From the IMG/VR virus record IMGVR_UViG_3300042881_003198, positions 1-64,000 of that record: a stretch of 64,000 bases of DNA, one strand, 5' to 3'. Source of the stretch: an uncultured virus (IMG/VR IMGVR_UViG_3300042881_003198) (taxonomy: Duplodnaviria > Heunggongvirae > Uroviricota > Caudoviricetes). The position numbers and the translations under genes were made by a program. A model generated the notes under the pieces. The model did not search any database, had not been told where the DNA came from, and saw nothing but the letters and a program-made list of their open reading frames with translations. Positions 11,391 to 20,193 of this stretch are shown piece by piece (within the stretch, counting starts at the first letter, position 1; each line of letters begins with the position of its first letter).

Positions 11391-11705
11391 TCATATAATC
11401 ACAGGTTCTCCTTGCCCTTCTGGTAATTTTATTTGTGGTAGTTGATTAATTTTTTCAACCATCCAATTTTCTTGATGTTCTTTATAAAGAGTAGAATCAA
11501 TTTGAATTCCAGTAGTAGGAAGTTGCTTTGGAATTTCAATATCAACTACTGGACCCATCATAAATTTATTTCTTGTGATTGTCCTATTTTGCGGATCAAA
11601 AGAAACCATCGCAAGAGCATCTGCCTCTTCACCACAATCAGCAATTTTTCTTCCAGTTTTAATTTCAATTACAGAAAAATAATCTTCACTATTGTATTTT
11701 TTCAT
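11391..11705 (-). CDS. Hypothetical protein
   Basis: ORF track; likely start MKKYNSEDY. Confidence 0.5.
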   Translation of the reverse strand: MKKYNSEDYFSVIEIKTGRKIADCGEEADALAMVSFDPQNRTITRNKFMMGPVVDIEIPKQLPTTGIQIDSTLYKEHQENWMVEKINQLPQIKLPEGQGEPVII

Positions 11706-11814
11706 TTTTAGAAGTCTTTTGATTATTATAGGACACTTGGGGTTTCCTGTAAAGACCAGGCCAAGTGTCTCTAATAATCTCTGCAAGTTTATAAGGTGTC
11801 TCTGAACTAATCAC

Positions 11815-12021
11815 CTAACCCTCCCAGTTTTCATAAATGTTTCTAAAATACAAATCAACTTTATCTAAATCATCCAGATGAACATCACAAGTGTAGTTAT
11901 GATCATCACACCATTCTAATGCAATTTCATGAAATTTTTGTTCCGATATAGTTCTTTCAACTCCATAAGTTCTCGCAAATGAGGACATTATGAAATTCCA
12001 GCACTGATCTTCGCGTTTCAT
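11815..12021 (-). CDS. Hypothetical protein, resembles 35703..35888
   Basis: F.M..F.R.YG...EW pattern shared with 35703..35888. Confidence 0.55.
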   Translation of the reverse strand: MKREDQCWNFIMSSFARTYGVERTISEQKFHEIALEWCDDHNYTCDVHLDDLDKVDLYFRNIYENWEG

Positions 12022-12677
12022 TCTTTTCCTTTCAGAACTTCCTCCCAGTCCTTCTGGAATAACTCAAGTCCCTTATCTGTCATAATGTTCTTATACATCG
12101 CCCAGAATACAACTGGAGGAATTGTAACAACATCAGCACCATAAAGTGCAGATTGTTCTACTTGTCTTACATCACGAAGAGATGCTGCAAGAATCTGTGT
12201 GCTGGTTCCTGAGTAATCAAATGCTTTACGGATATTCTTGATCAGTTCAATACCATCTACAGAATTATCCATCCAACGACCCACAAATGGTGAGATATAA
12301 GTTGCTCCTGCCTTTGATGCAAGTATTGCCTGTGCCACCGAGAATACAAGAGTTACATTCGTTTGAATTCCCTGCCCAGACAGGAACTTACAAGCCTTCA
12401 ATCCTTCTACTGTACAAGGAACTTTGATTGTAACTGCTGGTGCGATTGTATAATAATGTTTTGCTTCTGTAAGCATTTCTTCGGCAGTATCTGCAACGAC
12501 TTCTGCCGAAATGCTTTCTAACTCTGGAAATATTTTTGAAATTTCACTAATAACTTCTTGAAGTTGTCTACCACTTTTAAGAATCAAAGTGGGATTTGTA
12601 GTAACTCCATCTAGTAGTCCAGTATCATATGCTGAACTAATCATTGAAACATCTGCCGTATCTAAAAAGATCTTCAT
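12018..12677 (-). CDS. talC: Transaldolase (TalC/Fsa family)
   Basis: MKIFLDTAD...GVTTNPTLI...IKVP...NVTLVFS...YISPFVGR...ILAASLR. Confidence 0.95.
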   Translation of the reverse strand: MKIFLDTADVSMISSAYDTGLLDGVTTNPTLILKSGRQLQEVISEISKIFPELESISAEVVADTAEEMLTEAKHYYTIAPAVTIKVPCTVEGLKACKFLSGQGIQTNVTLVFSVAQAILASKAGATYISPFVGRWMDNSVDGIELIKNIRKAFDYSGTSTQILAASLRDVRQVEQSALYGADVVTIPPVVFWAMYKNIMTDKGLELFQKDWEEVLKGKE

Positions 12678-12755
12678 AAAAGAAAAAGAACTCCTTAGTA
12701 ATTATAAGAAGTTCTTTTTAGGTGTCTATGAATTGTTGGGATTTGAAGATATTAT

Positions 12756-13478
12756 TCAATACTTTTCCAAGCAATATACGCCGTTTCTTTCTACAATTGC
12801 AGAACATGTATCGCACCAATCTCCGCAACACATATAAGTAATTTTATTAAACTTACGAATATTTCCGGAATGTATGTGACCACAAATTACTCCGTCATAT
12901 TTCTTATCTCTCTGAACACAATATGATGCAATATCAGTCTCATATTGATTGATATAGTTCTTACCCCGAACACTATTCTTCAGTGCATAAACCAAAGAGA
13001 ATCTGAAGAATCTTTCCAGGAACAAACTGATCGGTGTAATCAATTCATATCCTTTATTAAACATTAATTGTTTCCAGGAACCGGATGAATACTCGGAATA
13101 CTTATCTCCGTGAACACAAAGAAACTTATTACCTTTTGAATCTTTATGCGTATATTCATCTACCATTCGGAAGTTCTTATGTTCAAAATCACAGTAGCGA
13201 CGAATTTGCCCTTCGTGATTTCCAAGAATATAAATGACCTCTGTTCCCCTTTTAGCAAGATTTAAGATTTGATGAACACACTCGGTATGTTCTTTTGTCC
13301 AACGAGTATTATATTTTTCCATACAGTAGATGTCTATAATATCACCTACCATTACTAACTTTTTAGTTTTGAGTTCTTTTAAAAACTTTAAGAACTTTTC
13401 AGTATTACATCTTGGAGTCCCAAGATGAACATCACTGACGAAGACTGTATCAAAATTTGAACTCATTTTAATCTCCAC
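12756..13478 (-). CDS. Calcineurin-like metallophosphoesterase, LpxH/UDP-2,3-diacylglucosamine hydrolase-like
   Basis: SDVHLG, VGDIID, GNHE, HGD, CGHIH and GDW motifs. Confidence 0.8.
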   Translation of the reverse strand: MEIKMSSNFDTVFVSDVHLGTPRCNTEKFLKFLKELKTKKLVMVGDIIDIYCMEKYNTRWTKEHTECVHQILNLAKRGTEVIYILGNHEGQIRRYCDFEHKNFRMVDEYTHKDSKGNKFLCVHGDKYSEYSSGSWKQLMFNKGYELITPISLFLERFFRFSLVYALKNSVRGKNYINQYETDIASYCVQRDKKYDGVICGHIHSGNIRKFNKITYMCCGDWCDTCSAIVERNGVYCLEKY

Positions 13479-13723
13479 CCATTATACTGTGTTCTTTTAT
13501 ATGTAGGATTCTTAGAGGTCTTGTGTTACTGACATTATAAACATAAAGATTCCGAAGAGTATGAAGACTGTGAGAATGAAAAACATATTCTTAAAAATAC
13601 ATTACTGAAAGAGTAAATATGACAAATATGATAACTGTGAACATCATAATACCTACGCCTGCCCAGATTATCCAAGGTTCCATAGGTTCGTGTTGAGGAT
13701 TGTGACTCATATTATTGGTGCTT

Positions 13724-13984
13724 TTAATTATTGGGTTTATCATTAGTATCTCGTTCCTGAATTCCGACTTCCATTGCATTCATTGTAAAATTATATGCAT
13801 TGACTTTTTGATTTTTACTAACTTTACTAATATAGTAAATACGTCCTATATCATCTTTAAGTTGATTCAGTTGTGTTTGAATTCCTTCCATTGATGCATA
13901 ATTAGAAGTTGTTGGAAAGTCCTCTGGATAACTTACAAAAGCATCTTCCAGTGTTTTGATTTGTTCTGTTGTTAGTTGTTTCAT
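13724..13984 (-). CDS. Hypothetical protein
   Basis: 86-aa ORF downstream of a TTGACA...GATAAT promoter-like sequence. Confidence 0.45.
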   Translation of the reverse strand: MKQLTTEQIKTLEDAFVSYPEDFPTTSNYASMEGIQTQLNQLKDDIGRIYYISKVSKNQKVNAYNFTMNAMEVGIQERDTNDKPNN

Positions 13985-14030
13985 ATGTTTTGGGGTTTAT
14001 GATTATCTTAGCAGAGTTGGGAGTCTTATG

Positions 14031-14180
14031 TCAATAAAAAGCATCTTTATTTAATTTATAAGTCTTTCCATTTACTGTAATTTTACCATCACCTTCTCCT
14101 GTCAATGCTTTTCGTAATTGTTTACTTGCAACAGGGTCTCTGAGTATCTCTTCTAGTTTTTTACTTATAGGTAATTTCAT
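14031..14180 (-). CDS. Small hypothetical protein
   Basis: MKLPISKKLEEILRDP...; ATG at 14180. Confidence 0.4.
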   Translation of the reverse strand: MKLPISKKLEEILRDPVASKQLRKALTGEGDGKITVNGKTYKLNKDAFY

Positions 14181-14184
14181 AGTC

Positions 14185-14340
14185 TTATTGGTGCTTTTGT
14201 AAATATGCAACCAAATCTTTAAGGTAGTCAGATGCCTTATCCCAATCCCCATTAAACCTATCATTAAGTTCTTGATAAATTTTTTCTGCATTTTCAGGTG
14301 CTAGATTGGTTGCCTCAATAAATCCTTCTTTAGTAATCAT
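14185..14340 (-). CDS. Small hypothetical protein (51 aa)
   Basis: MITKEGFIEATNLAPENAEKIYQELNDRFNGDWDK... read by hand; overlaps the end of the upstream gene. Confidence 0.4.
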   Translation of the reverse strand: MITKEGFIEATNLAPENAEKIYQELNDRFNGDWDKASDYLKDLVAYLQKHQ

Positions 14341-14944
14341 AATGTTTTAATGTTTTTTCTGTAAGGTTGATGATTTCAGTTATGGGCAATTCTACCATAT
14401 AACACTCAGTATGTCCAGCGTCCTTGGATTCAAAATCAATTTTATAATCTTGGTATTTTTGATGAATGAACTTTTCAAGATGATGAACTTGATAATGAAT
14501 TCCTTTCCATATTTTAATTACACTATGTAATTTATTTTTTGTGTGATTTGCTAATTTGTTGAAACTTCTTCCAACCTTATAAACCAGTTTACCTTCAAGA
14601 TAAACAATAACCAAATACAAATAATCAGTATCAAAATATCTTTCTTTCCAAGGATTTTGGCAATTATTGCCCTTTATTTTTTCTCCATATTTTTTGACTC
14701 TTTCATCAGTTTCTTTGGTTAATCCTTTATTCCAAACTTTTTGACCTGTTTTCTTTCCTTTATTCCAAGGTTCTTTACCAACCTGCCATTCAGAAAAGTT
14801 TCTTGTTACACCAATTGTTTTAAGATACTTATATACGGAAACTCTTGGTATGTTTAGTTGTCTTCCAATTTCGTGGGAGGATAAACCAGACAAATACATT
14901 TGTTTCCAAATCTCCCTATCCTTATCAGTATATTTTATATTCAT
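14330..14944 (-). CDS. Putative free-standing homing endonuclease downstream of psbA (HTH, NUMOD3-like repeats, GIY-YIG-like C-terminus)
   Basis: N-terminal HTH-like segment; PWNKG/VWNKG repeats; YLYLV...YKVGRS...LE...H...GHTECY; TATAAATA at 14976-14969; ATG at 14944. Confidence 0.7.
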   Translation of the reverse strand: MNIKYTDKDREIWKQMYLSGLSSHEIGRQLNIPRVSVYKYLKTIGVTRNFSEWQVGKEPWNKGKKTGQKVWNKGLTKETDERVKKYGEKIKGNNCQNPWKERYFDTDYLYLVIVYLEGKLVYKVGRSFNKLANHTKNKLHSVIKIWKGIHYQVHHLEKFIHQKYQDYKIDFESKDAGHTECYMVELPITEIINLTEKTLKHYDY

Positions 14945-14946
14945 TT

Positions 14947-14976
14947 GTGGTCTGCTCACGGATATTATTATTTATA
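14947..14976 (-). promoter_or_regulatory. T4-type late promoter plus putative operator resembling the intron-less psbA junction
   Basis: TATAAATA on minus; plus strand GTGGTCTGCTCACGGATA vs spliced psbA GTGGCT|GCTCACGGTTA. Confidence 0.65.
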
Positions 14977-15002
14977 AAAAAGAGACCTTTACAGGTCTCT
15001 TC
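14976..15002 (-). terminator. Rho-independent terminator after psbA
   Basis: AGAGACC-tgtaaa-GGTCTCT followed by a T-run on minus. Confidence 0.7.
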
Positions 15003-15027
15003 ATTATATCACAATTTAGTGATTATA

Positions 15028-16319
15028 TCAACCGATAGAAGGAGCAGTTAGAGCAACCGAAGTTGTTTCTGCTGCAGCCAAATCTAAAGGAAAATTATGT
15101 GCATTTCTCTCGTGCATAACTTCCATACCCAACCCAGATTTGTTCAATATGTCCGCCCAAGTAGGAATTACCCGGTTTTGACTATCCAGAATACTCTGAT
15201 TGAAATTTAGTCCGTTGAGGTTGAATGCCATAGTGCTTACGCCTAGAGCAGTAAACCAGATGCCCACAACGGGCCAAGCGGCGAGGAAGAAGTGAAGTGA
15301 ACGAGAATTATTGAACGAAGCATATTGGAAAATGAGTCGTCCAAAGTAACCGTGAGCCAATTGTCCAAAAGTTTCCTTAAGGGTTGGACTATATCTTCAC
15401 CTATTAAAGGTGCTGGGCGCTCTTGCCTGTTATTAAGGGAACTGTATCCCTCAGGTAGTCTCTGAACCTTTCCTAGATGTATCTAGGACTTGGATGCTGA
15501 TTGCCATATCCATAAAGGACTTAGGTTTCCAGCAGTTCACCCAGTTTAACGTGACCCGCTCTGTCAAGCCACGATGTTATAAGTCTCTTCTTCTTGACCA
15601 AACTTATAACCATAATTCTGTGACTCAGTTTCTGTGGTTTCACGAACCAGTGAAGAAGTCACAAGAGAACCGTGCATAGCACTGAACAGAGAACCACCGA
15701 ACACACCAGCAACTCCAAGCATATGGAAGGGGTGCATCAGGATGTTGTGCTCTGCCTGGAACACAAGCATGTAGTTGAATGTTCCGGAGATGCCCAGAGG
15801 CATCGCATCAGAGAATGAACCTTGTCCGAAAGGATAAACCAGGAATACAGCAGATGCAGCAGCAACAGGAGCACTGTAAGCAACCATAATCCAAGGACGC
15901 ATACCTAGACGGTATGAGAGTTCCCATTCACGTCCCATATAGCAGTAGATGCCAATGAGGAAGTGAAATACAACAAGTTGGAAAGGTCCACCGTTATAAA
16001 GCCATTCATCAAGACTTGCTGCTTCCCAGATGGGATAGAAGTGAAGACCAATGGCGTTGCTTGAAGGAACAACAGCACCAGAGATGATGTTGTTTCCGTA
16101 CATGAGTGAACCAGCAACAGGTTCACGAATACCGTCAATGTCCACCGGGGGTGCGGCAATGAAGGCGACGATGAAACAAATAGTTGCAGCAAGCAACGTT
16201 GGAATCATCAGAGTTCCGAACCAACCAACATAAAGGCGGTTGTTCGTTGAAGTAATCCATTCACAGAATGAGTTCCACGCCGAAGTAGTTGGGCGACGTG
16301 TAGCGATTGTAGCAGTCAT
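15028..16319 (-). CDS. psbA: Photosystem II D1 protein, two exons (16319..15567 and 15357..15028), 360 aa spliced
   Basis: Canonical D1 sequence; [14 protein letters not shown] restored by removing 15358..15566. Confidence 0.97.
15358..15566 (-). mobile_element. Group I self-splicing intron, 209 nt, no ORF
   Basis: 5' exon ends in U, intron ends in G; P (AACTGCTGGAAA), Q (AATCAGCA), R (GTTCAGAGACTA), S (AAGATATAGTCC); IGS GGTCACG pairs exon CGTGGCT with U.G; GAGC pairs 3' exon GCTC (P10). Confidence 0.93.
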
Positions 16320-16329
16320 TTTTCGTTAA

Positions 16330-16446
16330 AGGGTAAGTATGTGTCCAGGGGGAACTGAACGGTACAAGTATTCCCCACGACACCCTCCATCGTGGGTATG
16401 AGAGACTGTGTTTAACCTCCCCATAGGTCTCGGTTAGGCAGAGGAC
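16330..16446 (-). ncRNA. Structured psbA 5' leader, PhotoRC-II-like motif
   Basis: GAGAC...GTCTC and CCCACGAT...GTCGTGGG stems directly upstream of a phage psbA; family name from recall. Confidence 0.6.
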
Positions 16447-16484
16447 AACGTTAAGGTTTTGTTACATTCCTTAACTTGTTGTTG

Positions 16485-16518
16485 TATTTATCATAGCACT
16501 GTCAGGGATCCCTGTCAA
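16485..16518 (-). promoter_or_regulatory. Sigma70-like promoter of psbA overlapping a late-promoter-like ATAAATA
   Basis: TTGACA-17-TATGAT followed by AAATA. Confidence 0.7.
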
Positions 16519-16531
16519 TAGGTATGAATGC

Positions 16532-16696
16532 TTATCTGGAATATTCCTCAATTTTGTCCAGAACCTTATTCAGATATTGATGCGCTAACCACTTTGGGTC
16601 ATATCCAGTCTTATTCATCCATTCATTATCCAAATCTTTTTTTAACTTAAGAACTTCACATTTAATAATATCTTTAGTCAGTTGTCCTCTTGGCAT
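16532..16696 (-). CDS. Small hypothetical protein (54 aa)
   Basis: MPRGQLTKDIIKCEVLKLK...YLNKVLDKIEEYSR read by hand. Confidence 0.55.
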   Translation of the reverse strand: MPRGQLTKDIIKCEVLKLKKDLDNEWMNKTGYDPKWLAHQYLNKVLDKIEEYSR

Positions 16697-16754
16697 AATA
16701 AAAAAAAACTCTACCCCTTATTTAGAGGTAGAGTTTAAAAAATATTTTCTAATA

Positions 16755-17282
16755 TTATGCGAGTACTGCTTCACGCAATTCTGTTTTTACATACTCAAGA
16801 ACATTTTCTGGAGTTGTCACTTCATAAGGATCAGTAGGAGCATTATCTTGCTTTCCTGCTTCCTCAAAGAGTTTCTCAATGATACCATCCTTCACCACAG
16901 CAGCATATCGCCAAGAACGCTCACCAAAACCAAGATTGGTCTTGGAAACGAGTTGACCCATAGAGCGAGTGAAGTAAGCATTTCCATCGGGAATGAGTTG
17001 TACGTTTTGAATGTTTTGGTCTTGTGCCCAGGCATTCATCACGAAACCATCATTAACAGAAATACAGTAAATAGCATCAATACCAAGAGCAGTGAACTCA
17101 TCATACTTCTCTTCAAATCCAGGAAGTTGATAAGCGGAGCAAGTAGGAGTGAACGCTCCAGGAAGTGAGAAGAGTACAACTCTTTTATCTTTAAAAAGTT
17201 CATTACTTGTACGAGTTACAAACTCCCCAGATTCACGAAATACAAATTCAACTTGAGGAATTTCATATCCTTCTTTACGCAT
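16755..17282 (-). CDS. Peroxiredoxin (Prx5/type II)
   Basis: LPGAFTPTCS, SVNDGFVM and RSWRYA motifs; GGAGG upstream of ATG at 17282. Confidence 0.92.
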   Translation of the reverse strand: MRKEGYEIPQVEFVFRESGEFVTRTSNELFKDKRVVLFSLPGAFTPTCSAYQLPGFEEKYDEFTALGIDAIYCISVNDGFVMNAWAQDQNIQNVQLIPDGNAYFTRSMGQLVSKTNLGFGERSWRYAAVVKDGIIEKLFEEAGKQDNAPTDPYEVTTPENVLEYVKTELREAVLA

Positions 17283-17293
17283 AGTAACCTCCA

Positions 17294-17413
17294 TCAGAAC
17301 AGACCAGGAATTACTTGCCCAGTGGTGAAGTAAGTACCAACTGCAATTACGAATCCAAGCATCGCAAGTCTTCCGTTCCAACGCTCAGCAGTTTCAGTGA
17401 AAATTTTGTCCAT
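17294..17413 (-). CDS. hli: High-light-inducible protein (39 aa, absent from ORF track)
   Basis: MDKIFTETAERWNGRLAMLGFVIAVGTYFTTGQVIPGLF; GAGG upstream. Confidence 0.92.
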   Translation of the reverse strand: MDKIFTETAERWNGRLAMLGFVIAVGTYFTTGQVIPGLF

Positions 17414-17423
17414 TTGTTTTACC

Positions 17424-17510
17424 TCAGTAAGTTTCAGAAAGTTTTTCTACAGCATAACTCAGGAGAACCAAAAATGCAACTCCTGTAATTGTGAAGATGA
17501 TTTCAGTCAT
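17424..17510 (-). CDS. 28-aa single-pass membrane peptide between the hli genes
   Basis: MTEIIFTITGVAFLVLLSYAVEKLSETY; TGATG overlap with the upstream hli stop. Confidence 0.55.
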   Translation of the reverse strand: MTEIIFTITGVAFLVLLSYAVEKLSETY

Positions 17511-17704
17511 CAGAAGATCCCGAAGAAGAAGTTGCCAGTGATAGAATAAGAAATAACACCAGCAACAAAACCGACCATTGCCCAGCGTCCATTAGTACGC
17601 TCCTTAACTTGATTTGGAGTCAGCATTCCGTAATTCTCATAATACATTACGGGTTCTTTGGCAAACATATTTTGTTGCCCATATTCATTAGTTGTTACAG
17701 TCAT
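17510..17704 (-). CDS. hli: High-light-inducible protein
   Basis: NMFAKEP N-terminus and ERTNGRWAMVGF motif. Confidence 0.9.
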   Translation of the reverse strand: MTVTTNEYGQQNMFAKEPVMYYENYGMLTPNQVKERTNGRWAMVGFVAGVISYSITGNFFFGIF

Positions 17705-17731
17705 ATAAGTTTTGTGAAGAACTGTTACACA

Positions 17732-17760
17732 AGTATATAGCAGAAAAGGAGGAGTGTCAA
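17732..17760 (-). promoter_or_regulatory. Sigma70-like promoter of the hli/peroxiredoxin operon
   Basis: TTGACA-17-TATACT. Confidence 0.7.
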
Positions 17761-17763
17761 GCC

Positions 17764-18558
17764 CTATTTGTTTTCAAATCCTGGCGGTAGAGTTCCGAAA
17801 TAAGGATCATAATCAAATATTGGATTCCAATCACTTATATTACTGGAATCATTTCTCCAAAAATTCCAAAGTCCTTCATAACTTGACTTATGAAAAATAT
17901 CAATATGTTCATTATGAATAGAAGATCCCAATTCAATCTTATAAAGAAATAATGGAATTGAATATGTATTTCCAGAATTATAAATTAAATCATCAGCAAC
18001 TGCTCTGGGTTTAACTCCATTGTCAATCTTATACCTATCACCACGAACATGAAGACTGATAAGTTTTTGTGCATGATGACGAGTAATTAAATAGCAAGCA
18101 GTAGAAAAATCATTCACAAATCTACGATGCAACTTAATATGAACTTGTGCAGGATTAATGATTGCAAGTTGAACAACGTCATAAGCATAAGGAATCTTAG
18201 AAAAGAAATCTTTCCAATTAAATCCCCAATGTTTTACAGTATCTAAATCACAATCATCCTCCATAATGAGAGCACAAGGTGCATCAGAAGTCTCTAAGAA
18301 GTGCCTGAGTGCCTTCAGATGAGATGTTACGCAACCGACTTCACCAGAAGACATCATATCAGGATAACGACCTTTAAGAATATCACCTAAGTCTCTACCA
18401 TCCCTACCATCATAAGCAGAGATGCGAGTATAATCTTCAATTTCCCAATACTTGAATTGATCCTCCATATACTCTGCTCTTTCTGGTTGTTCGTCCAGAT
18501 TGAGATAATAGATGGGGGGAAGACCTTTGAGTTTATAGATTGCTTTGTTTTTATCCAT
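17764..18558 (-). CDS. Glycosyltransferase family 25-like
   Basis: YYLNLD...R...ISAYDG...GEVGCVTSH...IMEDD. Confidence 0.8.
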   Translation of the reverse strand: MDKNKAIYKLKGLPPIYYLNLDEQPERAEYMEDQFKYWEIEDYTRISAYDGRDGRDLGDILKGRYPDMMSSGEVGCVTSHLKALRHFLETSDAPCALIMEDDCDLDTVKHWGFNWKDFFSKIPYAYDVVQLAIINPAQVHIKLHRRFVNDFSTACYLITRHHAQKLISLHVRGDRYKIDNGVKPRAVADDLIYNSGNTYSIPLFLYKIELGSSIHNEHIDIFHKSSYEGLWNFWRNDSSNISDWNPIFDYDPYFGTLPPGFENK

Positions 18559-18564
18559 GACAAA

Positions 18565-19410
18565 TTAAACCTTATTTAAGTTATGAGATTGATATTTCTT
18601 TAAATATTTTTGTGATTGATAATATCTCCTTAATTGTTTTTGATTTAATGTTTGAAGATAATTCCACAATTCATTATTTCTAGTAATATATGGATTTTCA
18701 AAACCAGAGTTATGTCCCCTATAATGCTCTAAGTGATATACATATGAGTGATCAATTCTACCCACATTATATCCAAGAACATTAAATCTAAAATATCTTT
18801 CTTTATCTTCTGGAGACCAGGAAATAAAGTTCTCGTTTTCCATTCCAGCATTAATATAGGATTTTGTTTTAATGAATTGAACGTGTCCAAACTCAGACCT
18901 ATGAATATTGGAATTTTTTTCTAAAATTGAAAAATCAAAATTATTATTAATAAAGTCACTTACAAGTGCATCAGTTGCAAAAATTTGATATTGATAGTCT
19001 CCTAATCCATAGGGATAAACTAAATCATAATTTTTCTTTACTATTAATTTTACTGCTTCTATGCAAGTTTCTGCTTTTAATAAAGCATCACAATCATAAT
19101 TAACCACAATATCAGTTTTTACCTGTTCTATCATTTCATTTAAAATTTTCATTCTGTGAAATTCTGAACTATCAGATTTTTCAAACAGATATATCAGATT
19201 GTTAATTTCATCCTTATCTAAAAATTCTTTAATTTGTTTTATAACACACTCTTCAACAAAAGGTCTGGAATCAACTTCTTTTAATATCACTTTAGTGTTA
19301 AAAGTTTTTAGAAGATAGCAAAGAACTGTAGTAATATTCCTAGTCCTATCTCCAGAGTCAAGTCTAATCGGAATTATAAAAGTGCAGTTGGAGAGATCTA
19401 TTTTTTTCAT
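18565..19410 (-). CDS. GT-A fold glycosyltransferase (GT2/GT7C-like)
   Basis: IIPIR, YDCD, GMENENFISWSPED...RF, YHLEH. Confidence 0.75.
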   Translation of the reverse strand: MKKIDLSNCTFIIPIRLDSGDRTRNITTVLCYLLKTFNTKVILKEVDSRPFVEECVIKQIKEFLDKDEINNLIYLFEKSDSSEFHRMKILNEMIEQVKTDIVVNYDCDALLKAETCIEAVKLIVKKNYDLVYPYGLGDYQYQIFATDALVSDFINNNFDFSILEKNSNIHRSEFGHVQFIKTKSYINAGMENENFISWSPEDKERYFRFNVLGYNVGRIDHSYVYHLEHYRGHNSGFENPYITRNNELWNYLQTLNQKQLRRYYQSQKYLKKYQSHNLNKV

Positions 19411-20189
19411 ATTCTAATCCAATCATTTAAATATAAATCTTGAGTTTGATTTTTAGAAGTATTACCCTCTGTACCAAACCACCGTAAAGGAGCAATAACT
19501 TTTTTACTCTTTGCCAACCATGCTCCCCACCAAGAGAATGAAGAGTTTGCAATAATATGATAATGGCACATACTCATTAAACATAAATCAATAAATCCAT
19601 TATGAGATTCTGAAATAATAAATCTATCTGATTCAAATAAAGTCTGAGACTGACACCATCCAACATCATCCGAAAAAATCATTACAGGAATATCAGAATC
19701 AAAATGTTCTAATGCTCTTTCATAATAAGAAAGATCGCACGGAGGATGATTTTCTGAATTAGAAACGTAGTCAGTTCTTCTTACATGCAAGGCAATAATA
19801 TCATCAAAATCAAAATTAGTTACACAAGGTTCTAAAATATATTCTTTAAACTTAAAGTCTTCTCTGATACTATCTTCAATATGCTTAAAGTATTTTTCAC
19901 TCTGAAAATATCCATGTAAATTTACATTATCTGGACAATTTTCAACATACTCAGAATCATAGTGAAACTGGTTTTCTGCATAAAAATCCGCAGGCAAAAA
20001 ACCCACATTTTTTAAATTATTAAGTTCAAACACATCAAATAATTTATTATCTTTCCATTCATCACCATAGTCGGTTTTAGGAATACAGAAATCATATCCT
20101 TTTGTTGCAGCAATACCTCTTAAAGAAGCATACTGAAACATCTGATTTGCTAAACGACCATTTTGTCCAAGATAATTAAATCCAATCAT
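19407..20189 (-). CDS. Alpha-1,2-fucosyltransferase (GT11)
   Basis: GRLANQMFQYA, GYFQSEKYF, HVRRTDY, IIANSSFSWWGAWL. Confidence 0.92.
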   Translation of the reverse strand: MIGFNYLGQNGRLANQMFQYASLRGIAATKGYDFCIPKTDYGDEWKDNKLFDVFELNNLKNVGFLPADFYAENQFHYDSEYVENCPDNVNLHGYFQSEKYFKHIEDSIREDFKFKEYILEPCVTNFDFDDIIALHVRRTDYVSNSENHPPCDLSYYERALEHFDSDIPVMIFSDDVGWCQSQTLFESDRFIISESHNGFIDLCLMSMCHYHIIANSSFSWWGAWLAKSKKVIAPLRWFGTEGNTSKNQTQDLYLNDWIRI

Positions 20190-20193
20190 TTTA

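Noticed and set aside
15028..16319. psbA pseudogene or two separate genes
   Set aside because: Removing the group I intron restores an intact 360-aa D1
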